Part shown: positions 1 through 9,930 of the stretch, one piece after another
How positions within the stretch are numbered: position 1 is the stretch's first letter
How the letters are laid out: each line of letters opens with the position of its first letter
Source: Bacillota bacterium
GTDB lineage: Bacteria; Bacillota; Sulfobacillia; Fermentithermobacillales; Fermentithermobacillaceae
Direction of reading: 5' to 3'
Length of the DNA stretch: 64,000 bases
NCBI GenBank assembly: GCA_050952065.1
Contig: JBMNKF010000007.1
Location: 145,127-209,126, forward strand
Program-made: the position numbers and the translations under genes
The notes under the pieces: generated by a model
Database searches by the model: none
Told to the model about the DNA's origin: nothing
What the model saw: the letters and a program-made list of their open reading frames with translations, nothing else

Positions 1-1227
1 GAACCGTTCTCCAGTGACGGGGTCCACCCAGGTAACAGGGGAGTCGTCTACCACAGTGCCGGGACCCATCCCGGCTTCTATTGCGGGCACGTATGCCGCT
101 ATAGGTTTGAAAGAGGAGCCTGGCTGCCGCTTTGCGTCGATGGCGCGATTCCATCCGAGCATGCCTTCGTGTTTGCGCCCACCAACGATAGCCAAAATGT
201 GTCCTGTCTTCGAGTCAAGTACCACGCAAGCGGCCTGAAGGCTGTCTTTTCCTTCATAGGGGAAGTCTTTGTCCAGTACCTTGGCTACGGCGTTTTCTGC
301 GGCCTCCTGAGCCTGAGGGCTGTAGGTCGTATAAACGCGCAGCCCACCGCTATATACCAGATCGGCCGGGTAGCGCGACAGAAGCTGTTTCAAAACGTAG
401 TCGAGAAAATACCCGCCTCTGGTGGTCGTTTCTGGTCGAACGGATACTGCGTTGATGGGTTTCGACTTGGCCTCTTCGCATTCGTCTCGCGTGATATATC
501 CGTAAGCCGTCATCTGCTCCAAGACAGTGTTTCTCCTCGCGAGGGCGTCGTTGGGGTTGTCTATGGGATCGAAGATGGCAGGTCCCTTGAGCAATCCCGC
601 CAACATAGCGGATTCCTCAAGCGTCACGTCTTTAATGGATTTGCCGAAAAATATCCTGGCAGCCGCTTCCGGCCCGTAAGCACCCCTTCCGAAAGGTACT
701 TGGTTCAAGTACATCTCCAAGATTTCGGTCTTGGTGTACTGGCGCTCCAGAAGTATGGCGAGCACCGCATCTTGCACTTTTCTTGTCCAGGTTCGAGAGT
801 CGGTCAGGAACGCTTTCTTGGCTAGCTGCTGGGTAATTGTGCTACCACCTTGCATCGAGCCGCCGCCTGTCAGGTTTGAGAAGAAGGCTCTCACAATGGC
901 CCTGAGGTCGACGCCATAGTGGCTGTAGAAACGATGGTCTTCGGCTGCCAGTACCGCGTCTATAAAGTGCTTGGGTAGTTCCTCAAGTTCTACGGGCACG
1001 CGGTATTCTGATGCGTGCAACTCGGTCCACACCTTGCCGTCTCGGTCATAGACGTAGGAGACCTCTTCAGGTTTTGGCTCAAGTGTGCCCATAGTGGGCA
1101 GATCCCTTACGGCGGACACAACGAAAGCAGCCACCAAACCTGCTGCAACTAGCCCGGCTCCCAACATCGTGTAAAGGATGATATGAAGAACCCGTCTTTT
1201 TCTGGGCGAGATTCTCTTCGCTGACAT
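1..1227 (-). CDS. Class A penicillin-binding protein (PBP1A; transglycosylase/transpeptidase), truncated at the window's left edge
   Basis: Not in the ORF track because it runs off the edge. Manual minus-strand translation from ATG 1227 (RBS GGGGGT): MSAKRISPRKRR, a TM helix, then AAEDHRFYSHYGVD and QGGSTITQQLAK (GT51 motifs). Confidence 0.93.
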   Translation of the reverse strand, partial: MSAKRISPRKRRVLHIILYTMLGAGLVAAGLVAAFVVSAVRDLPTMGTLEPKPEEVSYVYDRDGKVWTELHASEYRVPVELEELPKHFIDAVLAAEDHRFYSHYGVDLRAIVRAFFSNLTGGGSMQGGSTITQQLAKKAFLTDSRTWTRKVQDAVLAILLERQYTKTEILEMYLNQVPFGRGAYGPEAAARIFFGKSIKDVTLEESAMLAGLLKGPAIFDPIDNPNDALARRNTVLEQMTAYGYITRDECEEAKSKPINAVSVRPETTTRGGYFLDYVLKQLLSRYPADLVYSGGLRVYTTYSPQAQEAAENAVAKVLDKDFPYEGKDSLQAACVVLDSKTGHILAIVGGRKHEGMLGWNRAIDAKRQPGSSFKPIAAYVPAIEAGMGPGTVVDDSPVTWVDPVTGERF

Positions 1228-1331
1228 TGGCGCATACCCCCAGATAACTCTAGAGAGGCACAAGGCACCTCCCGGTCGGACTGCTAACCTCACTATACAC
1301 AGACGTAGTAGTCCACTTGTCCGGTCCCACT

Positions 1332-1340
1332 ATTATAGCA
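1332..1340 (-). promoter_or_regulatory. Extended -10 (TGcTATAAT) for pbp1A
   Basis: attatagca on + reads TGCTATAAT on -, about 100 nt upstream of the pbp1A start. Confidence 0.55.
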
Positions 1341-1358
1341 TCCTCCCGGGTTACCTAC

Positions 1359-1385
1359 TTGCCTACCCCGCGACGATGGTATAAT
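1359..1385 (+). promoter_or_regulatory. SigA-type promoter of tyrS (extended -10)
   Basis: TGgTATAAT at 1377-1385; TTGCCT at 1359 (short 15-nt spacer). Confidence 0.6.
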
Positions 1386-1412
1386 TGTCCCTAAGAAATG
1401 GGGGAGATTAGG

Positions 1413-2669
1413 GTGGGTACAGACTGGCGAAAGGATCCCGGACTTGCGAGAGAGGTCGAATCTCAAGTATCTTTGATAGCCGACCGTTCTATTGATGTAG
1501 TTACTATGGATGAACTTCGAGATAAGGTCGCGCGCTCTCTGCCGTCCGGTAAACCTCTAAAGGTTAAACTGGGGGTAGACCCTACAGCCCCGGATCTCCA
1601 CCTCGGTCACGTGGTGGTAATGAAGAAACTTAGGGATTTTCAGCGGCTGGGCCACGAAATCTACTTCGTGATCGGAGACTTTACGGCCATGATAGGAGAC
1701 CCAAGCGGAAAGTCTCAGACTAGGCCCCAGCTTTCCAAGGAGGAAGTTTTAGCCAACGCAGAAACATATCGCCAACAGGCGACAACCATTCTGGATCCGG
1801 CTCGGACGCATCTGGTTTTCAACTCTCAATGGCTGTCACCGATGTCTTTCAAAGACGTCATCCATCTGGCCTCCCGTTTCACAGTGGCCAGAATGTTGGA
1901 GCGGGACGACTTTCAGGGCCGCTATCAAAAGGGTTCGCCCATCGGTGTTCACGAATTCATGTACCCCTTGGCCCAGGCTTACGATTCTGTGGCAATAGGT
2001 TCCGATGTGGAGCTTGGCGGTACCGACCAGACGTTCAACCTCCTCGTTGGCCGAAGTATTCAGAAAGAATACGGGCAGGAGTCTCAGGTAGCTCTGACCA
2101 TGCCCATCCTCGTGGGGTTGGACGGTACTAACAAGATGTCCAAGAGCCTTGGCAACTATATCGGCGTGAAAGACGAACCTAGAGACATGTATGGAAAAGT
2201 GATGTCGATTCCTGACTCGCTCATGGCCAGTTACCAAAGGCTTGTGGTTTGTGATAGCGAGGCATCGGTGAACGCATTGGTCCTCGGAATCAAGTCCGGC
2301 GAAATTCACCCTATGGACGCCAAGATGAACTTGGCGTTTCGGATCGTTTCGGAGTTTCACGGGGACCTCGCGGCAAAGGAAGCCCAAGACGAGTTCATCC
2401 GAGTGTTTAGGGAAAGGGAGTTGCCGACAGACCTCGATGAAGTAGAACTGCCCGAGGTATCCGCAGGCGATACTATGGGGATTGCTCTGCTCTTGGCGAG
2501 AACGGGACTTGTATCGTCATCGTCCGAAGCCAGGCGTTTGATAAAGGCCGGCGCAATAAGGATCGATGGAGTCAAGATAGGCCCCGATTCTGCGACGTGC
2601 ATTGTACGAGACGGGATGTTGCTTCAGGTGGGGAAGCGTCGGATCTGCAGGGTCACGATAGGCCGGTAA
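1413..2669 (+). CDS. tyrS: Tyrosyl-tRNA synthetase
   Basis: KLGVDPTAPDLHLGH (HIGH), GGTDQ, KMSKS, C-terminal S4 domain; GTG start after GGGGGAG (ORF track start 1398). Confidence 0.97.
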   Translation: MGTDWRKDPGLAREVESQVSLIADRSIDVVTMDELRDKVARSLPSGKPLKVKLGVDPTAPDLHLGHVVVMKKLRDFQRLGHEIYFVIGDFTAMIGDPSGKSQTRPQLSKEEVLANAETYRQQATTILDPARTHLVFNSQWLSPMSFKDVIHLASRFTVARMLERDDFQGRYQKGSPIGVHEFMYPLAQAYDSVAIGSDVELGGTDQTFNLLVGRSIQKEYGQESQVALTMPILVGLDGTNKMSKSLGNYIGVKDEPRDMYGKVMSIPDSLMASYQRLVVCDSEASVNALVLGIKSGEIHPMDAKMNLAFRIVSEFHGDLAAKEAQDEFIRVFRERELPTDLDEVELPEVSAGDTMGIALLLARTGLVSSSSEARRLIKAGAIRIDGVKIGPDSATCIVRDGMLLQVGKRRICRVTIGR

Positions 2670-2710
2670 CCAAGTCTTCTCTGGCGGCATACAATTAGAA
2701 GCTATCCTTT

Positions 2711-3391
2711 TTGGGAGGGCTTCCTATTTTCCAGAGAAGGAGAACCATAGGCGCTTCGGTCAGGGGGAAAAGGCTGCTCCTGGTTCTGTGCGTTCTGGCC
2801 GTAATCGTTGGCCTGACGTCGTTATTTCTTGCACTGGAAAGAGCCATAGTCCCAACTCTGGTGGCCATATCAGAGACTGAAGTCGCTCGGGTAACCAACA
2901 AAGCCATGATCGATGCGGTGAAACGGCACATTACCGCCTTTCTCGAGGGTAAGACTTTCTTGTACTTTGAGACCGGTAAGGATGGGCAACTCCTCTACAT
3001 CAAGACTAACACTGCCGATCTAAACCGCATTCAGGCCGATGCCCTTGATGTGCTCCAAGACGCAATGAAAAACCTAGATGGTTTTTCGGTGTATATCCCC
3101 TTGGGCCAGGCTTTTGGCTCGACAACGCTTGCTCACGTCGGTCCCAAGATAAAGGTGACTCTATATCCTTACGGGACTGTACGAACTCAGGTGAGGGATT
3201 CCTTCGATGTGACAGGGATCAACCAGGCCCGCTACAACATCTTTCTCAACGTGAAGTGCACCGTTAGAGTGGTGGTGCCTTTCATATCATCCATGGCAGA
3301 AGTCTCCACAGATATTCCCCTAACCACCGTAATAATCCCCGGTAAAGTCCCCGACACTTACCTGAACCTTACCGGCAATTTGTCCCGGTGA
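2711..3391 (+). CDS. yunB: Sporulation protein YunB
   Basis: N-terminal TM helix; IPLGQAFG..LAHVGPKI, GINQ, IIPGKVPDTY motifs. Confidence 0.9.
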   Translation: MGGLPIFQRRRTIGASVRGKRLLLVLCVLAVIVGLTSLFLALERAIVPTLVAISETEVARVTNKAMIDAVKRHITAFLEGKTFLYFETGKDGQLLYIKTNTADLNRIQADALDVLQDAMKNLDGFSVYIPLGQAFGSTTLAHVGPKIKVTLYPYGTVRTQVRDSFDVTGINQARYNIFLNVKCTVRVVVPFISSMAEVSTDIPLTTVIIPGKVPDTYLNLTGNLSR

Positions 3392-3428
3392 GAAGACACG
3401 GGATTCCCATGTGGAACCATCCCAAGGC

Positions 3429-3437
3429 TGGTATAAT
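3429..3437 (+). promoter_or_regulatory. Extended -10 for nadE-yebC
   Basis: TGgTATAAT 25 nt upstream of the nadE ATG, followed by RBS AGGAGG. Confidence 0.55.
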
Positions 3438-3462
3438 GGTCCATTGAATAGGAGGTGTACCG

Positions 3463-4194
3463 ATGCCCAGTCATAGCATGCAAGACAAGGTTGCAAACCT
3501 GGTCAGGTGGATGCGAACTCGAACTCAGGAAGCTCGCGCCAAAGGGGGCGTTTTCGGCGTGTCCGGGGGAGTGGATTCGGCGTTGGTGTTGGCGCTCTCC
3601 AAGAAAGCGTGGGGCGATGACTGCCTGGGGCTCATTATGCCGTGCCACTCACTGCCAGAGGACGCAGAAGACGCTATGATGCTCTTGGAGCATTTCTCCG
3701 TTGACTATAGGGTTGTGGATCTGACGCCATCTTACGATGCCCTCTTGGCGAGCCTTTCTGATATGGAGGAGCCCTCGGTTCTGGCCATGGCAAACCTTAA
3801 GCCCAGGCTCCGGTCCATGACTCTTTACTACGTGGCGACCCTTTACAACTACTTGGTGGTAGGGTCAAGCAACCGGGCAGAAATTCACGTCGGTTACTTC
3901 ACGAAACACGGGGATAGCGCGGTTGACATGCTGCCTTTGGCCAACCTAACCAAAGCTCAAGTGTGGGAAATGTCGCGTTACTTAGGAGTTCCAGATAAGA
4001 TAGTCGAGAAAACCCCTTCGGCAGGGCTGTGGCGAGGCCAGACTGACGAAGAAGAGATGGGCCTTCTCTACAAGGATCTAGATGCCTATCTCTCGGGGAA
4101 TCCTGTGTCGCCGGGCGTTCGGAATAAGATAGAGGAAATGCATAGGCGGACCGAACACAAGAGGAGGATGCCGTATATTCCAGACCTAGACTAG
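3463..4194 (+). CDS. nadE: NH3-dependent NAD+ synthetase
   Basis: GVSGGVDSA, ANLKPRLR, GYFTKHGD, PSAGLW.GQTDE, HKR motifs. Confidence 0.96.
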   Translation: MPSHSMQDKVANLVRWMRTRTQEARAKGGVFGVSGGVDSALVLALSKKAWGDDCLGLIMPCHSLPEDAEDAMMLLEHFSVDYRVVDLTPSYDALLASLSDMEEPSVLAMANLKPRLRSMTLYYVATLYNYLVVGSSNRAEIHVGYFTKHGDSAVDMLPLANLTKAQVWEMSRYLGVPDKIVEKTPSAGLWRGQTDEEEMGLLYKDLDAYLSGNPVSPGVRNKIEEMHRRTEHKRRMPYIPDLD

Positions 4195-4205
4195 GAGGAT
4201 ATTCT

Positions 4206-4955
4206 ATGTCGGGACATTCAAAGTGGTCAACGATCAAGAGACACAAGGCAAAGATGGACGCTGCTCGTTCGAACGTGATATCTAAAGCTTTGCGCGAGGT
4301 AATGCTCGCGGCTCGTGAGGGGGGGCCGAACCCTGACGGCAACGTTAGGCTGAAGATAGCCATCGAACGGGCCAAGAACGCCAACGTTTCTACCGATAGT
4401 GTAACAAGGGCGATAAAACGGGGGGCGGGCCAAGGAGATTCGGGGCCTCTAGAAGAGCTTGTATATGAGTGCTATGGCCCTGGAGGTACCGCCGTGCTGG
4501 TAGAGGCGGCAACCGACAATCGCAACCGGACAGCGTCGGAAGTGCGTTACATCCTGTCCAAGAATGGCGGCAAACTTGCCGATCTAGGGGCGGTTGCCTG
4601 GATGTTTGACGTAAAAGGCTGCATTCAGATAGAAAAGGGCGACCTCTCAGAAGACGATGCCTTGGAAATGGCGATCGACGCCGGTGCCGAAGATATCAAG
4701 ACTGAGGAAGAAGCATACGAGATTTACACTGGAGCAGAGGATCTCCAAACCGTACAGGAGAACCTGGAAAAGGCCGGTGCTACGATCCTTTCGGCCGATA
4801 CCGTAAGAATCCCCAAGACCACCGTAACTCTGGAGGGCGAAGAAACTGCCAGGATGCTTCGCCTTATAGATGCTCTGGAAGAACACGATGACGTTTCCAG
4901 AGTGTACGCCAATTTCGATATCTCTGACGAGATAATGGAGGCCATGTCCGAATAA
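4206..4955 (+). CDS. yebC: YebC/PmpR family protein
   Basis: MSGHSKWSTIK, YGPGG, TDNRNRT, DDV..VYANF. Confidence 0.96.
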   Translation: MSGHSKWSTIKRHKAKMDAARSNVISKALREVMLAAREGGPNPDGNVRLKIAIERAKNANVSTDSVTRAIKRGAGQGDSGPLEELVYECYGPGGTAVLVEAATDNRNRTASEVRYILSKNGGKLADLGAVAWMFDVKGCIQIEKGDLSEDDALEMAIDAGAEDIKTEEEAYEIYTGAEDLQTVQENLEKAGATILSADTVRIPKTTVTLEGEETARMLRLIDALEEHDDVSRVYANFDISDEIMEAMSE

Positions 4956-4977
4956 GCTTGTCACTTTGGGGGAATAT

Positions 4978-5559
4978 ATGTCTCCTGGAGTGAGGCTTTT
5001 GCGAAAGACGGGATTGAGTGGTTTCAACGGCCTCTTGGTGGCTCTTTTGGTCTTGTGTGCTTTTGCCGCTGGTGTGGTCTTGGACAAGGTCGTCTTGAAA
5101 GACAGGTCCCTATGGCCGCCCATGACGACGCCTTCGGTTGGTGATGAAGTCCAAGTTCACTACCATACCCTGTACACCAAGTGCAAAGATGTGGTTACGG
5201 AGACAGATGTCGTCTCAAGGGGCAGTATTGGCGACTATCTGGCTCAGGTGGCCCGCGAGTGGCAGGTCTCACTTTCATCGGGAAGTGATTCAGTACACCA
5301 GTTCAGCCGCTCTATAGATGACTTCTGTCCCGAACACAGTCGATTTCGGTTTGTGACTCTCGCCGAAGGGGCCGTGGCGGTGTATCGCGGGAAGGAATTG
5401 AGTCAGGCAGGGCTTCTGGTTCGGATGTACACTGATATTCCCGAGTCCCGTCTCAGAAAAACCGAGAAAGATCTTCTTAGGGCAGGCATCGTTCTGGAGG
5501 ATGAGCCCGGCCTCGTAGACGCGAAGGTGGCGAAGTATCTGGAGGGCATAATAGACTAG
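4978..5559 (+). CDS. Membrane-anchored protein with BofC-like C-terminal domain
   Basis: N-terminal TM; DDFCPEH...G.VAVY.G...L..GI pattern; bofC lies upstream of ruvAB in spore-formers. Confidence 0.6.
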   Translation: MSPGVRLLRKTGLSGFNGLLVALLVLCAFAAGVVLDKVVLKDRSLWPPMTTPSVGDEVQVHYHTLYTKCKDVVTETDVVSRGSIGDYLAQVAREWQVSLSSGSDSVHQFSRSIDDFCPEHSRFRFVTLAEGAVAVYRGKELSQAGLLVRMYTDIPESRLRKTEKDLLRAGIVLEDEPGLVDAKVAKYLEGIID

Positions 5560-5590
5560 ACACACAAAGGAGCCAAGGTTGAGTGTGGCG

Positions 5591-5613
5591 AACCCTCAGT
5601 TATGGGGGTTTTT
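5591..5613 (+). terminator. Hairpin plus U-tract overlapping the ruvC RBS
   Basis: aaccctca-gtta-tgggggtt followed by ttt. Confidence 0.5.
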
Positions 5614-5616
5614 CTA

Positions 5617-6135
5617 TTGCGGATACTGGGGATCGATCCGGGTATTGAGCGAACAGGGTGGGGGGTTGTGGAGACTACGGGGAGAGACTTCGTTCCGGTG
5701 GACTACGGCTGCATCGTGACGTCCAAGTCTCAGGACCTTCCAATGCGGATTTTGGCCGTTTACCGGGGAGTAACCGGACTCATTGACCGCGTTAAGCCAG
5801 ATGTGTTGGCGATAGAGAGCATCTTCTTCGCCAAGAATGCCAAATCCGCCATTGACGTTGGTCATTCTCGCGGGGTTTGCCTTCTGGCTGCCGCCGCCCA
5901 CAACCTGCCCGTAGAGGAAGTCACTCCTCTTCAGGTAAAATCGACTATAGTGGGCTACGGCAACGCGACAAAAGAACAGGTGAGCGCCATGGTATCGAGC
6001 CTTCTGCACCTCTCTCGGCCACCTAGGCCGGACGATACGGCCGATGCCCTCGGGATCGCTGTTACTGCCGGCATCAAGAGATCGTTTGGGGCCAGGCTGG
6101 TCAGAGACGGAGCACCGGAGAGGACTTCCAGATGA
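5617..6135 (+). CDS. ruvC: Holliday junction resolvase RuvC
   Basis: ILGIDPG, AIESIF, GYGNATKEQV, DDTADAL; TTG start. Confidence 0.96.
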   Translation: MRILGIDPGIERTGWGVVETTGRDFVPVDYGCIVTSKSQDLPMRILAVYRGVTGLIDRVKPDVLAIESIFFAKNAKSAIDVGHSRGVCLLAAAAHNLPVEEVTPLQVKSTIVGYGNATKEQVSAMVSSLLHLSRPPRPDDTADALGIAVTAGIKRSFGARLVRDGAPERTSR

Positions 6136-6725
6136 TATCTGAACTGAGCGGCATTGCGCGTAGGAAGAGTCAAGACTCAGTGACGGTGGATGTTAACGGG
6201 GTGGGGTTTGACATCATGGTAACCCCGAACCTTATAGAGAGAATTGATCTCGGATCCCAGGTACACTTGTTCACAAGGCTCATAGTGAAAGACGATGGTT
6301 GGAGCTTGTACGGGTTCGGAAGTCTAGAGGAAAGGACCTGTTTTGACCTGCTTCAGAACGTCAAAGGCATTGGTCCCAAGCTTGCCTTAGGGATACTGTC
6401 TGCACTTCCTCCCGATGAGTTTTATAGGGCAGTGCTTCAAAACGATGAGAGAGTCCTTACGAGATTGCCCGGAGTGGGCAAAAAGACAGCGGCTAGAATA
6501 GTGGTTGAACTGCGGGACCGCATCGGCTTGAGAACGCCTTCTCTAGATGAGGAACAAGGTCCACCTTCCGGGGATCTTCTTCTTGAAGCAGTGGAGGCTT
6601 TGACCGCACTGGGCTATTCATGGCAGGAGGCCCGAAACGCTGTCGAGAAGGCCATGTTAGACAGTCAACATGATAACCTTGAAAAACTATTGCGGGAGGC
6701 CTTGAGACGACTTGCGAGAGTCTAG
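6132..6725 (+). CDS. ruvA: Holliday junction branch migration protein RuvA
   Basis: [29 protein letters not shown]. Confidence 0.96.
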   Translation: MISELSGIARRKSQDSVTVDVNGVGFDIMVTPNLIERIDLGSQVHLFTRLIVKDDGWSLYGFGSLEERTCFDLLQNVKGIGPKLALGILSALPPDEFYRAVLQNDERVLTRLPGVGKKTAARIVVELRDRIGLRTPSLDEEQGPPSGDLLLEAVEALTALGYSWQEARNAVEKAMLDSQHDNLEKLLREALRRLARV

Positions 6726-7746
6726 AGATCTTATTTCCAGACAGATGCAGCCCGAGGACGAGGTCGTCGAAGAGTCTCTTCGGCCGCGTTTCCTTCCCGA
6801 TTACATAGGGCAGGAACGGATCAAGGAAAACCTGCATGTATCCATCGAGGCTGCCAGGCAGAGGGGCGAAGTGGTGGACCACATTCTCTTGTCGGGCCCG
6901 CCGGGTTTGGGCAAGACTACTCTTGCCCACGTCATAGCCAATGAGTTGGGCGTGGGCATAAGGGTCACCTCAGGACCCGCTATCGAGCGTGCCGGTGATC
7001 TCGTGGCCATTCTCACTAGCCTTCAAGACGGAGACGTTCTCTTCATCGACGAGATTCACCGATTGAATCACGCGGCTGAAGAGGCCATGTACCCGGCCAT
7101 GGAGGACTTCAGTTTTGACTGGATCGCGGGGAAAGGCCCTCACGCCAGAACCTATAGGATCAAACTGCCCCGGTTCACTCTCATTGCGGCCACCACCAGG
7201 AGCGGCCTTCTCACGTCACCTTTGCGGGATAGGTTCGGTATTTCCTTCAGGTTGGAATACTACAGCGAAGACGAGTTGTATGAAGTTATAAAGCGATCGG
7301 CCCGTATCCTTGACATAGGCGTTCAGGAGGAAGGCGGCAGAGAGATAGCCAGAAGATCTAGAGGTACGCCGAGGATAGCCAACAGGCTCTTGCGGAGGGT
7401 GAGAGATTATGCTCAAGTAAGAAAGGATGGAGAGATTACCCGACAAGTGGCAATGGAGGCTTTATCTCTCTTGGACATCGATCCCATGGGACTTGATGGT
7501 CTGGACAGAAAGATTCTTTTGGCCGTTGTGCAAAAGTACGGCGGAGGCCCCGTGGGGCTGTCAACTTTGGCGGCATGTCTTAGCGAAGATCCCGGCACCA
7601 TAGAGGACGTCTACGAGCCGTATCTCTTGCAGATTGGGTTTATCGAGAGGACCCCCAGGGGGAGGAGTGCTACCCCCAGGGCAGTGGAATACGTTACGGG
7701 GAAGTCTCCCGATATCTCCCAGGAAGGACTTTTTGGGAAGCCTTGA
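6712..7746 (+). CDS. ruvB: Holliday junction DNA helicase RuvB
   Basis: [36 protein letters not shown]. Confidence 0.98.
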   Translation: MRESRDLISRQMQPEDEVVEESLRPRFLPDYIGQERIKENLHVSIEAARQRGEVVDHILLSGPPGLGKTTLAHVIANELGVGIRVTSGPAIERAGDLVAILTSLQDGDVLFIDEIHRLNHAAEEAMYPAMEDFSFDWIAGKGPHARTYRIKLPRFTLIAATTRSGLLTSPLRDRFGISFRLEYYSEDELYEVIKRSARILDIGVQEEGGREIARRSRGTPRIANRLLRRVRDYAQVRKDGEITRQVAMEALSLLDIDPMGLDGLDRKILLAVVQKYGGGPVGLSTLAACLSEDPGTIEDVYEPYLLQIGFIERTPRGRSATPRAVEYVTGKSPDISQEGLFGKP

Positions 7747-8279
7747 GGCTCCTACTGCATTCGTGTTGCGGCCCGTGCACGACGTTCCCTTTGGCTTTTC
7801 TTGAGAGCCAAGGGCACCGGGTTGAGGGCGTTTTCTGTAACCCCAATATCTATCCCCAGAAAGAGCATGATAAGCGTTGGCAGGTTTTCCGTGATTGGGC
7901 TAAGATCGCGGGACTGTCGGCGAAGAGGTTGGATATGTCCTACGAACAGTGGAAGGGATCGCTTGGGGAAAACCTTCTGAAGCCACAAAGGTGTCTTGAA
8001 TGCTACAGAGTTAGGCTAGGCGCCGTTGCCGAGATGGCTAGACGTGAGGGGTTCGATTGTTTCAGCACAACCCTCTTAGTAAGCCCATATCAGGACCACG
8101 AAGGGATACGGGCGGTAATGGAGGAGATGTCCAGGAAATATGGGATCCCTCACCTTTACAGGGATTTCAGGCCGGGGTACCGTAGGAGTAGAGATATGGC
8201 CAGGGGGCGTCACCTTTATATGCAGAAATACTGCGGATGCCAATACAGTCTCGGAGGTGAGGTGGTAAATGGGCACTGA
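7743..8279 (+). CDS. queH: Epoxyqueuosine reductase QueH
   Basis: [36 protein letters not shown]; next to queA/tgt. Confidence 0.92.
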   Translation: MRLLLHSCCGPCTTFPLAFLESQGHRVEGVFCNPNIYPQKEHDKRWQVFRDWAKIAGLSAKRLDMSYEQWKGSLGENLLKPQRCLECYRVRLGAVAEMARREGFDCFSTTLLVSPYQDHEGIRAVMEEMSRKYGIPHLYRDFRPGYRRSRDMARGRHLYMQKYCGCQYSLGGEVVNGH

Positions 8280-8487
8280 TCTGGGGCGCTTTCTCATTGT
8301 GGTGGGCCTTTTTATCTTGGCCATGGGCTTGTTTGTCTATGGGGTCGGAAGGTTCTTACCCTTAGGGCGTTTGCCGGGCGATATAGTGGTTAGGCGGGGG
8401 AACTTCACTTTCTATTTCCCCCTCGTTACTTGCATCATAATCAGTCTCGTTGTGACTTTGATAATGTGGGTGTATAGAAGACCATGA
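8269..8487 (+). CDS. DUF2905 small membrane protein
   Basis: LGRLPGDI...NFTFYFP..TCII.S; usual position between ruvB and queA. Confidence 0.9.
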   Translation: MGTDLGRFLIVVGLFILAMGLFVYGVGRFLPLGRLPGDIVVRRGNFTFYFPLVTCIIISLVVTLIMWVYRRP

Positions 8488-9911
8488 TTAAGACGTTCTT
8501 AAAGAGATTCTCGGTCCTTCTGGTTCCGGTATTGTGGTCTCTCTTTCTTTCTACGGCTTTTGCCCAAAATGCAGTAGATATCCCTGGCACCCCTTCACCT
8601 CTTTTGGTTGTGGGTCTTGCCAGAGTCAAGTCCATCGCTCTCTCTTGCAAGTGGTCCCTTCGAGTTGTTGGTGCGGCAGAAAGCAGTGTCCTGCCACCCA
8701 ATACCACAGTCGTATTGCGGGGATCTGGCGGACAGCTGTCGTGGGAGGTTTCGGGCGCTGGAGGTATCGTACCTGTAACCGAGTCCGGACCGGTACAGAT
8801 CACTGTGGCCGATCCCCAAAGCGATGCCTTCATCCTCGTAGCAAGAGAAGAGAACGCAAGCCCGTCTTTGGCCGGTACGGGCTACACGGGGCGCTTGGTG
8901 GTAATGCCTGACAAGCACGACCTGGTAGTTGCCAATGTTGTGGACATAGAGGACTATGTCAAGTCTGTAGTGTCTTGGGAGATGTCCGATAGCTGGCCTC
9001 TCGAAAGCCTCAAGGCCCAGGCGGTGGCGGCCAGATCCTATGCGGCAAACAAGTGTTGCTTCCAGAAGACTCCTGGCTTTGGGCTAAGGGATTACGGAGA
9101 ACCGGGTTCTCTGACTCCCGATTCCATACAGCTCTGGGCTAATGACCAGATCTACAAAGGGGTCTTGGTCCAGAATCCCAACGCAGTTAGGGCCACGGAG
9201 GCTACCAGAGGTGAGATCCTAACCTATGGGGGGACTCCAATTGCGGCTTACTTCCATGCTTCAGCCGAGGGAATGACCGAGGATGCTTGCCACGTGTGGG
9301 GAGGCAGCATTCCTTATCTGAGAGCAGTGGAGGAAGTAGCCTATAAGTCTCCGTACTCACAGTGGGGCGCAGAGTTCGATATGGAAACGCTTTCGGCCAG
9401 GCTGGGCGACTTGGGAGTCACGGGCCCAATAGACTCCATATGCGGGACCGAACCCGGCCCGTCCGGTAGGTGGTACGGTGTATCCGTTAGGACCCCTAGC
9501 GGTACTAGTTGGCTCAAGGGCACGTTGACACGGGGCGCTTTGGGCACTCAAGTTAGAAGCCTGCTTTTCTCTTCATTCATAGTGGGTAAAGGACAGATGA
9601 CTACGGGTTGCCTCAATCCAAGTTTGGAGGTAACCTGTCTCGCCGGCCGTGGTAGCGTGGTTCTAACTCCGAGAGAAACGGTGATCCTTGGCGGTGGGAA
9701 CGCAACTTGTGTAACCGGCAACCGTGGGCTTCACGTCGTTTCTGGTCTGGCTGATTCGGGACCGTCTCGCACGGTCCTCACAGGCAAAGGGTGGGGTCAC
9801 GGAGTAGGGCTTTCTCAATGGGGGGCTCGAGCAATGGCCCTGGGGGGCTCACCTTTTTCCGAAATACTCGCCGTGTACTATCCCGATACCGTACTGGATG
9901 TCTGGTGGTAG
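8484..9911 (+). CDS. SpoIID/LytB domain protein
   Basis: Signal peptide; YV.SVV..EM...W..E.LKAQAVAARSY, Q.Y.G, G.GWGHGVGLSQWGA, IL..YY. Confidence 0.9.
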   Translation: MIKTFLKRFSVLLVPVLWSLFLSTAFAQNAVDIPGTPSPLLVVGLARVKSIALSCKWSLRVVGAAESSVLPPNTTVVLRGSGGQLSWEVSGAGGIVPVTESGPVQITVADPQSDAFILVAREENASPSLAGTGYTGRLVVMPDKHDLVVANVVDIEDYVKSVVSWEMSDSWPLESLKAQAVAARSYAANKCCFQKTPGFGLRDYGEPGSLTPDSIQLWANDQIYKGVLVQNPNAVRATEATRGEILTYGGTPIAAYFHASAEGMTEDACHVWGGSIPYLRAVEEVAYKSPYSQWGAEFDMETLSARLGDLGVTGPIDSICGTEPGPSGRWYGVSVRTPSGTSWLKGTLTRGALGTQVRSLLFSSFIVGKGQMTTGCLNPSLEVTCLAGRGSVVLTPRETVILGGGNATCVTGNRGLHVVSGLADSGPSRTVLTGKGWGHGVGLSQWGARAMALGGSPFSEILAVYYPDTVLDVWW

Positions 9912-9930
9912 ATGGGAAGGTGGCTCTTTC

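Noticed and set aside
14-919. + strand ORFs at 14-238, 169-825 and 731-919
   Set aside because: Antisense shadows of the minus-strand pbp1A.
1386-1412. T-box leader of tyrS
   Set aside because: The promoter is under 30 nt from the start codon, so there is no room and no T-box motif.
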